Source: Eledone cirrhosa
Lineage: Eukaryota
Direction: 5' to 3'
NCBI GenBank assembly: GCA_964016885.1
Contig: OZ024740.1
Span: 20,212,001 to 20,276,000 of the forward strand
Length of the DNA: 64,000 nt
Shown: positions 41,050-54,000 of the stretch, in pieces
Layout: each line of letters begins with the position of its first letter
How positions within the stretch are numbered: the first letter of the stretch is position 1
Translations under genes and position numbers: made by a program
Notes under the pieces: model-generated
Seen by the model: the letters and a program-made list of their open reading frames with translations, nothing else
The model's database searches: none
Told to the model about the DNA's origin: nothing

Positions 41050-41735
41050 CACACATAATAGTTATTTAAATATTTCTAACAATAAATACTTCATAAGATT
41101 TACATACTATATATGTTGACAATGAATATCTCCGGTAAAACTTACATTTAGAAAAATATTCGACAGTGTAAACTTTATTTTCTGCTGGCCAGCTAAATCC
41201 TTTAAAACTCTGAAGTTTAGAAATGTTGAAACACTTATTGAATTTACAAAACTAATAAATAACCTGCAATTTAAAAAAAAAAACCCTAAAATCTTGACTC
41301 TTCACCCTAAAATAGCATAAATTAAATATTTTCAAACTTAACCGTTTAACTTTCGGAAAATCTTCTTCTACATATATTCCCTCTCTCTATATATATTACC
41401 TCAGCGGCTCTCATTGACCGCTTTCCCTGATAAATTGTAGTATCATACATTTTAAAATCTCTATAACTGTTACATTAGGCAACGTTTTTCTTACTCACAC
41501 ATTCTCTATTGAATTTATTACGTTTTCGCATTTTCTCATTATTAGGGTATAAATGTTAAACTTTCTCTTAGGTTAATCACTACCTTGATTAAATCTTAAC
41601 CATTTAACATCTCAGGGTATGTCATATATCATTATATTTTGTCTGATGAGGATGTACTGTTGTACATCCGAAATATGTATAATAAAATGTAATTGATAAA
41701 AAGAACATCTATTTTATTAATATTTGTATTTTTAT
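41050..41735 (+). mobile_element. Probable decayed Penelope-like element 3' remnant between (TA)n tracts
   Basis: Contains the hammerhead at its 3' end and is bounded by TA runs. There is a weak GIY-YIG-spaced peptide LY-x10-YI* at 41098-41151. Confidence 0.4.
41627..41698 (+). ncRNA. Minimal type I hammerhead ribozyme
   Basis: CUGAUGA (41643-41649); helix II GGAUGUAC-UGUU-GUACAUCC (41650-41669); GAAA (41670-41673); short helix III AUAUGUAU; cleavage triplet AUA (cut after 41681). Helix I is UAUCAUUAUAUUUUGU paired with AUAAAAUGUAAU(U)GAUA. Confidence 0.85.
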
Positions 41736-41928
41736 ATATATATGGGGAGGGGGGTCATATTGTTGTAATAATATTGCCAGAAATAATAACAGAACACACT
41801 CACTGTTTGGTTGGTTTTCGCTTCTGTATGTTTTATATCTCCACAGTTAATTTATTTGGTGATCAATGTTTACATTTACTGACCAACGGTAAAAAATACA
41901 GATATATTATTGACACAAACACAGATAT

Positions 41929-41982
41929 ATAGTCTAACAAAGTTCTTTCATTGCACATCTGCAACATCGTCAGTGGTGCTAT
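41929..41982 (-). ncRNA. Degenerate hammerhead-like motif
   Basis: Minus strand reads auagcacca-CUGACGA-U-GUUGCA-GAUG-UGCAAU-GAAA-GAAC-UU-uguuagacuau. The core and helix II are present, but helix I is imperfect. Confidence 0.5.
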
Positions 41983-42279
41983 TATGTTCCTCCTGTTGTA
42001 TTGTATATCTACACCATCTTTATTTTATCTGTGTATTTATTTATTTATTTTTGTCTTCTTTGCGCATGCGTTGTTTGTGTGTGTGTATAGCATTTGGTGT
42101 GAGTTCGCGTTTGGGTGACTGTGTTTTGGTTATTGTATTCTATCTTAGTTTACTAGTGTGTGTTTATTGTGCTTGTGTATATATTTATTTATTTATTTAT
42201 ATTTCTCTTAAGTCAGTATTGTTTGTTTGGGTGTTGTTGTTATTCCATTCATTTTTATCTTGGACGAGCTGATAAATTC

Positions 42280-42759
42280 CGACCTCACACACTTACACCT
42301 CTCCAAGACAATGTCACTGGACCGAGACCTTTGGCGGTACTCAGTAATAGAGAAGACCCGCCTTACCTAAATACAAAGTAAAACCTACTACAGTCAGTAG
42401 GCATCTCTAACAAAATACACCCCCATCCAACCACCCCCACCCCATCCACACCGCCCCTTTCAATGTAAAGTTATGTTGGTGTCACAACATCCAGGCCGAA
42501 ACAAATGAGATCGTGTAGGTGTTACGACAAAAAAACACACAGTCCATGCTGTAATGTGGCCGTGTAGGCAACACGGTAAAAACCTCCCAGCCCCACACTG
42601 TAAATGTGGTTGGTGTTAGGAAGGGCATCCAGCTGTAGAAAACCCGCCAGACAGTCCTATGCGAGCAATGACAACCACTCTTGCCTCAAGTGGGAAAACT
42701 CCCGTCCAAACCCATGCAAGCTTGGAACATGGATGTTAAACGATGATGATGATGATGAT
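42280..42759 (+). mobile_element. 3' end of a second RTE family: last codons plus long 3' UTR and (GAT)n tail
   Basis: Translates DLTHLHLSKTMSLDRDLWRYSVIEKTRLT*, which aligns with DLRSLKLTVEMTRDRDEWRDAVLNKTRPT of the 39588 element. Its UTR is shared with 38397-38607. Confidence 0.8.
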
Positions 42760-44089
42760 ACATACTCATAAATTCTTACACACACATATACATCAATATA
42801 TATCAATATACATACACATAGACCATGTGGTTGTGCTTAGATCTAGTTTTGCTCTTCTCATCATTGTCCCCCTTTTGCTCTTTTAAATTCTATAAACCTC
42901 TCCTCATACATCACTAACTTCTCTTTGAACTAGTCACCTCCCTTCTCCTTCACAAACACTATTTGACTCCCAACATAGATATAGCTTGAACCCTTGACAT
43001 CCCCTTTTCTTTATACCTCCCTGGTAAGACAATTCTGTAGTCACCTGCTGCTAGTAACCATTACTTACCATTATGAAGAAGAAACCACTGGATTGGAAGA
43101 TTAATTAAGGAAGATTTTGGAAGGTTTTACTAAAATTATAATTCCTTTAAGATGGTATTTTTAACATAAGATGTTATTTAAAATTATGTAGGAAGGTTCT
43201 AATTCAAGGAGGAACCCTTTAAGCATCTTGTTTGGGGTTGACTTCAGGGTCTCTTGTCAATTGGTTTTGCCCATAAAATCTGTCCAACGATTCTATCCTG
43301 AGACATTCTAATGACATGACTATAGTATCAGAGCTGTGATCTCTTTATTCGCAATCATATTCTTTCAGTCATTACCCTAGATTCATGACCATAGGTAAGG
43401 GTTGGCCTGAATACCGAATTGAAAATGAGTTTGGCTTTTACACCTACCTCCCTTCTGATTACTTCAGATCAACAAAAGCATTTGTGTTGTATAATATTCA
43501 TATTTATCTCTTGGTCCCCATTATTTGTATTATTTATATTCTAAATTTGATATTTTATAAAAAATTATAGACCTCTCCTTCGTAAACACTCTGCACATTT
43601 TCAACAAGGACAATAAGGACAATACAGTCTAAACAAGGAAAAAATAAATTTTAGAGAACATCTGTTGGAAATATAAACCACCTCCAATTAACTTTCCCAC
43701 TGGGTCCCAGCTGATAGGATGAAGAATATATTACCCCAGAGGACGGCAAAAGGGAGACACTGAAACAGCCACTCCATCTCGTAGTCCTGCCCGACAGCAA
43801 GGGACACGTGCTGGAAAAGCAGATTTTGATAAATTTTGTAAATTCTCAATTTATATAAACTGCCATACAAATATAAAATGATTTTTAAATCTTAAAATAA
43901 ATGACAGTTGAGCAGTTTATGGGAAGTTTTTCTCACATAGGAATGCTTTTCATTTTGATCCTTTATCCATTCATTCTAGTTTGTTTTGCTTGGCATTGTG
44001 ATAGTGCCAGCATGTTTAAAAAACAAATATGACTTTCTCTCACTGGTGATTACTGTAAAGTATGAAACTTGAATATTATGACTGTGTGA

Positions 44090-44215
44090 AGATTTGTGGC
44101 TTAGTGGTTAGAGAATTGGATTTGCATTCATAAGATTGCAAGTTCTATTCTCAGACCAAGTGTTGCATTATGTCCTTGAGCGAGACACTTTGTTTCACGC
44201 TGCTCTTTCTACCAG
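44090..44215 (+). mobile_element. tRNA-derived SINE 5' portion (V-domain-like)
   Basis: A-box TGGCTTAGTGG, B-box-like AAGTTCTATTC, then tgtccttgagcgagacactt. Homologous to the minus-strand copy at 57530-57677. Confidence 0.75.
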
Positions 44216-44426
44216 GAGTTGTGACTGGTAGATAATATCAGCAATGGAAAGATCAATGGAAACATTGTTTCCTTGGTCCGATAAACATACGAGGTCAGAT
44301 CTTGTCAATCAATTTCATGAAGATAACATTTATCTTAATATTTATCTCTTCATATGGTTTTCTATTTCACATTTTACTTTTTAAAAATTACATGTTTTAT
44401 TCATCTGTTTTTCTTATATTTTCCAG

Positions 44427-44563
44427 AAATATCTCAACTGCATTTACGAAGAATAGATTTCTCTGCCAACAAAATATCTTCAATTCCAATAGATTTTCGG
44501 ATAATGGATACTTTAGAGGAAATGATCCTGGATCACAATCCATTAACGACGCCTCCAGCACAT
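44427..44563 (+). CDS. LRCH: Internal coding exon (137 bp) of a leucine-rich repeat protein, LRCH-like (LRR and calponin-homology domain family)
   Basis: Polypyrimidine tract plus ttttccAG acceptor and GTGAGT donor. Encodes (E)ISQLHLRRIDFSANKISSIPIDFRIMDTLEEMILDHNPLTTPPAH: LxxLDxSxNxIxxIP LRR consensus and an NPLxxPP cap. As I recall, LRCH proteins read ...LDFSCNKxxxIPxxxRxxxxLxxxxLxNNPLQSPPAQ. The LRR exon call is firmer than the gene symbol. Confidence 0.85.
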
Positions 44564-45074
44564 GTGAGTGACCTTTGCTTTTACTGTTTCTACAAATTGT
44601 TGCCTGTGTGTGTAGGCTTGAGCCCACGGCACGATATCTTCAGCAAGAGTCTTATGCTATAGCCTCAGATTGATCCAGGCCATGTGTTGACAGAAATTAG
44701 TTAGGGGTCTGTTGTATAGATTGTACTTGGAATTCAAAGACCCTGTCTCATCACATTGTGCTATTTGGATTCACAGTATGGGGATTTCAGTAAGAGTGCT
44801 TGATTCTGTGAAATACTCATGACTACATTAATTTGATGTGTTGGATATTCAGTAGATCAAAGAGGAAGAGGTTCATCATTATAACACACAAAGAAGACAT
44901 CATGTTGATAACAATGGTGATATTGTTGTTGATGTTGTTTCCACTCATGTCAGACTTAATTGAGAAGATTTATAATCAAAGACATTCCTGATTCTTAATG
45001 ACTTCAGCCTGCCATTCCAATATTCGGGGTACTCATGATATTTGACTATATTCCATCAGCCAGGTATTCCGACA

Positions 45075-48000
45075 TCAACTTTATTTAACCGTATCCCACC
45101 ACCCAGTATCAACAATATCTAACCCTATCCCACCATCCCAGTATCAACAATATCTAACCCTATCTCACCATCCCAGTATCAACAATATCTAACCCTATCC
45201 CACCATCCCAGTATCAACTACATCTAACCCTATCACACCATCCCAGTATCAACTATATTAAACCCTATCTCACCATCCCAGTATCAACAATATTTAACCC
45301 TATCCCACAATCCCAGTATCAACAATATCTAACCCTATGCCACCATCCCAGTATCAACTATATCTAACCCTATCCCACCATGCCAGTATCTACAATATTT
45401 AACTCTATCTCACTATCCCATTATTAACTATATCTAACCCTATCTCACCATCCTAGTATCAACAATATTTAACCCTATCTTACCATCCCAGTATCAACTA
45501 TATCTAACCATATCTCATCATCCCAGTATCAACTATATCTAACCCTATCCCACCACCCATTATCAACAATATCTATCCCTATCTCACCACCCCAGTATCA
45601 ACAATATCTAACCCTATCTCACCATCCCAGTAACAATATCTAACCCTATCTCACAATCCCAGTATCAACTATATCTATCCCACCATCCCAGTATCAACAA
45701 TATCTAACCCTATCCCACCATCCCAGTATCAACTATATCTAACCCTATCTCACCATCCCAGTATCAACAATATTTAACCCTATCCCATCATCCCAGTATC
45801 AACAATATCTAACCCTATCCCACCATCCCAGTATCAACTATATCTAACCCTATCTCACCATCCCAGTATCAACTATATTTAACCCTATCCCACCATCCCA
45901 GTATCAACTATATCTAACCCTATCTCACCATCCCAGTATCAACTATATTTAACCCTATCCCACCATCCCAGTATCAACTATATCTAACCCTATCCCACCA
46001 TCCCAGTATCAACTATATCTAACCCTATCTCACCATCCCAGTATCAACTATATTTAACCCTATCCCACCATCCCAGTATCAACAATATCTAACCCTATCT
46101 CACCATCCCAGTATCAACTATATTTAACCCTATCCCACCATCCCAGTATCAACAATATCTAACCCTATCTCACCATCCCAGTATCAACTATATTTAACCC
46201 TATCCCACCATCCCAGTATCAACTATATCTAACCCTATCCCACCATCCCAGTATCAACAATATCTAACCCTATCTCACCATCCCAGTATCAACTATATTT
46301 AACCCTATCCCACCATCCCAGTATCAACAATATCTAACCCTATCTCACCATCCCAGTATCAACTATATTTAACCCTATCCCACCATCCCAGTATCAACAA
46401 TATCTAACCCTATCTCACCATCCCAGTATCAACTATATTTAACCCTATCCCACCATCCCAGTATCAACAATATCTAACCCTATCTCACCATCCCAGTATC
46501 AACAATATCTAAGCCTATCCCACCATCCCAGTATCAACTATATCTAACCCTATCTCACCATCCCAGTATCAACAATATTTAACCCTATCCCATCATCCCA
46601 GTATCAACGATATCTAACCCTATCTCACCATCCCAGTATCAACTATATCTAACCCTATCCCACCATCCCAGTATCAACTATATCTAACCCTATCTCACCA
46701 TCCCAGTATCAACAATATCTAACCCTATCCCACCACCCATTATCAACAATATCTAACCCTATCTCACCATCCCAGTATCAACTATATTTAACCCTATCCC
46801 ACCATCCCAGTATCAACAATATCTAACCCTATCTCACCATCCCAGTATCAACTATATCTAACCCTATCCCACCATCCCAGTATCAACAATATCTAACCCT
46901 ATCTCACCATCCCACTATCAACTACATCTAACCCCATCCACCATCCCAGTATCAACTATATTTAACCCTATCCCATCATCCCAGTATCAACTACATTTAA
47001 CCCTATCTCATCATCCCAGTATCAACTATATCTAACCCTATCTCACCATCCCAGTATCAACTATATCTAACCCTATCTCACCATCCCAGTATCAACAATA
47101 TCTAACCCTATCTCACCATCCCAGTATCAACAATATCTAACCCTATCTCACCATCCCAGTATCCACTATATCTAACCCTATCTCACCATCCCAGTATCAA
47201 CAATATCTAACCCTATCTCACCATCCCAGTATCAACTATATCTAACCCTATCCCACCATCCCAGTAACAATATTTAACCCTATCCCACCATCCCAGTATC
47301 AACAATATCTAACCCTATCTCACCATCCCAGTATCAACTATATTTAACCCTATCTCACCATCCCAGTATCAACTATATCTAACCCTATCCCACCACCCCA
47401 GTAACAATATTTAACCCTATCTCACCATCCCAGTATCAACTATATTTAACCCTATCTCACAATCCCAGTATCAACAATATTTAACCCTATCTCACCATCC
47501 CAGTATCAACTATATTTAACCCTATCTCACAATCCCAGTATCAACAATATCTAAGCCTATCTCACCATCCCAGTATCAACTATATCTAACCCTATCCCAC
47601 AATCCCAGTATCAACAATATCTAACCCTATCACACCATCCCAGTATCAACTATATCTAACCCTATCCCACCATCCCAGTATCAACTACATCTAATCCTAT
47701 ACCACCATCCCAGTATCAACTATATCTAACCCTGTCCCACCATCCCTGTATCAACTATATTTAACACTATCTCACCATCCCAGTATCAACTACATCTAAC
47801 CCTATCCCACCATCCCAGTATCAACAATATCTAACCCTATCCCACCATCCCAGTATCAACTATATTTAACACTATCTCATCACCCCAGTATCAACGATAT
47901 CTAACCCTATCTCACCATCCCAGTATCAACTACATCTAACCCTATCCCACCATCCTAGTATCAACAATATTTAACCCTATCTCACCATCCCAGTATCAAC

Positions 48001-51000
48001 TATATTTAACCCTATCTCATCACCCGTGTCAACATTTTCTAACCCTATCCCACCATCCCAGTATCGACTATATCTAACCCTATCCCACCATCCCAGTATC
48101 AACAATATCTAACCCTATCCCACCATCCCAGTATCAACTACAGCTAACCCTACCTCACCATCCCAGTATCGACTATATCTAACCCTATCCCACCATCCCA
48201 GTATCAACAATATTTAACCCTACCTCACCATCCCAGTATCGACTATATCTAACCCTATCCCACCATCCCTGTATCAACAATATCTAACCCTATCCCACAA
48301 TCCCAGTATCAACTATATCTAACCCTATCCCACCATCCCAGTATCAACTATATCTAACCCTATCCCACCACCCCAGTATCAACAATATTTAACCCTATCT
48401 CACCATCCCAGTATCAACTACATCTAATCCTATCCCACCATCCCAGTATCAACAATATCTAACCCTATCTCATCATCCCTGTATCAACTATATCTAACCC
48501 TATCCCACCATCCCAGTATCAACTATATCTAACCCTATCCCACCATCCCAGTATCAACTATATCTAACCCTATCCCACCATCCCAGTATCAACTATATCT
48601 AACCCTATCTCACCATCCCAGTATCAACTATATCTAACCCTATCCCACCATCCCAGTATCAACTATATCTAACCCTATCCCACCATCCCACTATCAACTA
48701 CATCTAACCCCATCCACCATCCCAGTATCAACTATATTTAACCCTATCCCATCATCCCAGTATCAACTACATTTAACCCTATCTCATCATCCCAGTATCA
48801 ACTATATCTAACCCTATCTCACCATCCCAGTATCAACAATATTTAACCCTATCCCATCATCCCAGTATCAACGATATCTAACCCTATCTCACCATCTCTG
48901 TATCAACTATATCTAACCCTATCACACCATCCCAGTATCAACTATATCTAACTCTATCCCACCATCCCAGTATCAACTATATCTAACCCTATCCCACCAT
49001 CCCAGTATCAACTATATCTAACCCTATCTCACCATCCCAGTATCAACTACATCTCACCCTATCTCACCATCCCAGTATCAACTACATCTAACCCTATCTC
49101 ACCATCCCAGTATCAACTATATTTAACCCTATCCCACAATCCCACTATCAACAATATTTAACCCTATCCCACAATCCCAGTATCAACAATATCTAAGCCT
49201 ATCCCACCATCCCAGTATCAACTATATTTAACCCTATCCCACCATCCCAGTATCAACTATATCTAACCCTATCCCACCATCCCAGTATCAACTATATCTA
49301 ACCCTATCCCACCATCCCAGTATCAACTATATTTAACCCTATCCCACCATCCCAGTATCAACTATATCTAACCCTATCCCACCATCCCAGTATCAACTAT
49401 ATCTAACCCTATCCCACCATCCCAGTATCAACTACATCTAATCCTATCCCACAATCCCAGTATCAACTATATCTAACCCTATCTCACCATCCCAGTATCA
49501 ACTATATCTAACCCTATCCCACCATCCCAGTATCAACAATATCTAACCCTATCACACCATCCCAGTATCAACTATATCTAACTCTATCCCACCATCCCAG
49601 TATCAACTATATCTAACCCTATCCCACCATCCCAGTATCAACTATATCTAACCCTATCCCACCATCCCAGTATCAACTATATCTAACCCTATCCCACCAT
49701 CCCAGTATCAACTACATCTAATCCTATCCCACAATCCCAGTATCAACAATATCTAACCCTATCTCACCATCCCAGTATCAACTACATCTCACCCTATCTC
49801 ACCATCCCAGTATCAACTACATCTAACCCTATCCCACCATCCCAGTATCAACTATATCTAACCCTATCCCACCATCCCATTATCAACAATATCTAACCTT
49901 ATCCCACCATCCCAGTATCAACAATATCTAACCCTATCCCACCATCCCAGTATCAACTACATCTAACCCTATCCCACCATCCCAGTATCAACTATATCTA
50001 ACCCTATCTCACCATCCCAGTATCAACTATATCTAACCCTATCCCACCATCCCAGTATCAACTACATCTAACCCTATCCCACCATCCCAGTATCAACTAT
50101 ATCTAACCCTATCCCACCATCCCAGTATCAACTACATCTAATCCTATCCCACAATCCCAGTATCAACTATATTTAACCCTATCTCATCATCCCAGTATCA
50201 ACAATATCTAACCCTATCTCACCATCCCAGTATCAACTATATCTAACCCTATCTCATCATCCCAGTATCAACAAAATCTAACCCTATCTCACCATCCCAG
50301 TATCAACTATATCTAACCCTATCTCATCATCCCCGTATCAACAATATCTAAGCCTATCCCACCATCCCAGTATCAACAATATCTAACCCTATCCCACCAT
50401 CCCAGTATCAACTATATCTAACCCTATCCCACCATCCCAGTATCAACTACATCTAACCCTATCCCACCATCCCAGTATCAACTATATCTAACCCTATCCC
50501 ACCATCCCAGTATCAACTACATCTAATCCTATCCCACAATCCCAGTATCAACTATATTTAACCCTATCTCATCATCCCAGTATCAACAATATCTAACCCT
50601 ATCTCACCATCCCAGTATCAACTATATCTAACCCTATCTCATCATCCCAGTATCAACAAAATCTAACCCTATCTCACCATCCCAGTATCAACTATATCTA
50701 ACCCTATCTCATCATCCCCGTATCAACAATATCTAAGCCTATCCCACCATCCCAGTATCAACAATATCTAACCCTATCTCATCATCCCTGTATCAACAAT
50801 ATCTAAGCCTATCCCACCATCCCAGTATCAACAATATCTAACCCTATCCCACCATCCCAGTATCAACTATATTTAATCCTATCTCAGCATCCCAGTATCA
50901 ATATTTAACCCTATCTCACCATCCCAGCATCAACTATATTTAACCCTATCCCACCATCCCAGTATCAACAATATCTAACCCTCTCCCACCATCCCAGTAT

Positions 51001-54000
51001 CAACAATATTTAACCCTATCCCACAATCCCAGTATCAACAATATTTAACCCTATCCCACCATCCCAGTATCAACAATATCTAACCCTCTCCCACCATCCC
51101 AGTATCAACAATATCTAACCCTATCCCACAATCCCAGTATCAACAATATTTAACCCTATCCCAAAATCCCAGTATCAACTATATTTAATCCTATCTCACC
51201 ATCCCAGTATCAACTATATCTAACCCTATCTCACCATCCCAGTATCAACTATATATAACCTTATCCCACCATCCCAGTATCAACAATATCTAACCCTATC
51301 CCACAATCCCAGTATCAACTACATCTAACCCTATCTCACCATCCCAGTATCAACTATATCTAACCTTATCCCACCATCCCAGTATCAACAATATCTAACC
51401 CTATCCCATCATCCCAGTATCAACAATATCTAACCCTATCTCACCATCCCAGTATCAACTATATCTAACCCTATCTCACCATCCCAGTATCAACAATATC
51501 TAACCCTATCCCATCATCCCAGTATCAACAATATCTAACCCTATCCCACCATCCCAGTATCAACAATATCTAACCCTATCTCACCATCCCAGTATCAACA
51601 ATATCTAACCCTATCTCACCATCCCAGTATCAACAATATCTAACCCTATCTCACCATCCCAGTATCAACAATATTTAACCCTATCCCAAAATCCCAGTAT
51701 CAACTATATTTAACCCTATCCCACCATCCCAGTATCAACAATATCTAACCCTATCCCATCATCCCAGTATCAACAATATCTAACCCTATCCCACCATCCC
51801 AGTATCAACAATATCTAACCCTATCTCACCATCCCAGTATCAACTATATTTAACCCTATCTTACCATCCCAGTATCAACAATATCTAACCCTATCTCACC
51901 ATCCCAGTATCAACAATATTTAACCCTATCTCACCATCCCAGTATCAACTATATCTAACCCTATCTCACCATCCCAGTATCAACTATATCTAACCTTATC
52001 CCACCACCCCAGTATCAACAATATTTAACCCTATCCCAAAATCCCAGTATCAACTATATCTAACCCTATCCCACCATCCCAGTATCAACAATATCTAACC
52101 CTATCCCACCATCCCAGTATCAACAATATCTAGCCCTATCTCACCATCCCAGTAACAATATCTAACCCTATCCCACCATCCCAGTATCAACAATATCTAG
52201 CCCTATCTCACCATCCCAGTATCAACTATATTTAACCCTATCCCACCATCCCAGTATCAACAATATCTAACCCTATCCCACCATCCCAGTATCAACTATA
52301 TCTAACCCTATCCCACCATCCCAGTATCAACAATATCTAACCCTATCTCACCATCCCAGTATCAACTATATTTAACCCTATCCCACCATCCCAGTATCAA
52401 CAATATCTAACCCTATCTCACCATCCCAGTATCAACAATATCTAAGCCTATCCCACCATCCCAGTATCAACAATATCTAACCCTATCCCACCATCCCAGT
52501 AACAATATCTAACCCTATCTCACCATCCCAGTATCAACAATATCTAACCCTATCCCACCATCCCAGTATCAACAATATCTAACCCTATCTCACCATCCCA
52601 GTAACAATATCTAACCCTATCCCACCATCCCAGTATCAACAATATCTAACCCTATCCCACCACCCCAGTAACAATATCTAACCCTATGTCACCATCCCAG
52701 TATCAACAATATCTAACCCTATCCCACCATCCCAGTATCAACTATATTTAACCCTATCCCACCATCCCAGTATCAACAATATCTAACCTTATCCCACCAT
52801 CCCAGTATCAACAATATCTAACCCTATCTCACAATCCCAGTATCAACAATATTTAACCCTATCTCACCATCCCAGTATCAACAATATCTAACCTTATCCC
52901 ACCATCCCAGTATCAACAATATTTAACCCTATCCCATCATCCCAGTATCAACGATATCTAACCCTATCTCACCATCTCTGTATCAACTATATCTAACCCT
53001 ATCACACCATCCCAGTATCAACTACATTTAACCCTATCTCATCATCCCAGTATCAACTATATCTAACCCTATCTCACCATCCCAGTATCAACTATATCTA
53101 ACCTTATCCCACCATCCCAGTATCAACTATCTAACCCTATCCCACCACCCATTATCAACAATATCTAACCCTATCTCACCATCGCAGTATCAACTATATC
53201 TAACCCTATCTCACCATCCCAGTATCAACTATATCTAACCCTATCTCATCCCAGTATCAACAATATCTAACCCTATCCCACCATCCCAGTATCAACTATA
53301 TTTAACCCTATCCCACCATCCCAGTATCAACAATATCTAACCCTATCTCACCATCCCAGTATCAACAATATTTAACCCTATCCCATCATCCCAGTATCAA
53401 CGATATCTAACCCTATCTCACCATCTCTGTATCAACTATATCTAACCCTATCACACCATCCCAGTATCAACTACATTTAACCCTATCTCATCATCCCAGT
53501 ATCAACTATATCTAACCCTATCTCACCATCCCAGTATCAACAATATCTAACCCTATCTCATCATCCCAGTATCAACAATATCTAACCCTATCTCATCATC
53601 CCCGTATCAACAATATCTAAGCCTATCCCACCATCCCAGTATCAACAATATCTAACTCTATCCCACCATCCCAGTATCAACTATATCTAACCCTATCCCA
53701 CCATCCCAGTATCAACTATATCTAACCCTATGCCGCCATCCCAGTATCAACTACATCTAACCCTATCTCACCATCCCAGTATCAACTACATCTAACCCTA
53801 TCTCACCATCCCAGTATCAACTACATCTAACCCTATCTCACCATCCCAGTATCAACTACATCTCACCCTATCTCACCATCCCAGTATCAACTACATCTAA
53901 CCCTATCTCACCATCCCAGTATCAACTATATTTAACCCTATCCCACAATCCCACTATCAACAATATTTAACCCTATCCCACAATCCCAGTATCAACAATA

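Noticed and set aside
42255-42280. ttggacgagctgataaattc as a third hammerhead cut by the RTE insertion
   Set aside because: The core is not CUGANGA and there is no GAAA half.
43700-43800. cagagga...gaaac hammerhead-like spacing
   Set aside because: Core mismatch and no helix II.
44090-44165. tRNA genes here and at 57600-57677
   Set aside because: A/B boxes are present but there is no cloverleaf, and both run into SINE body sequence.
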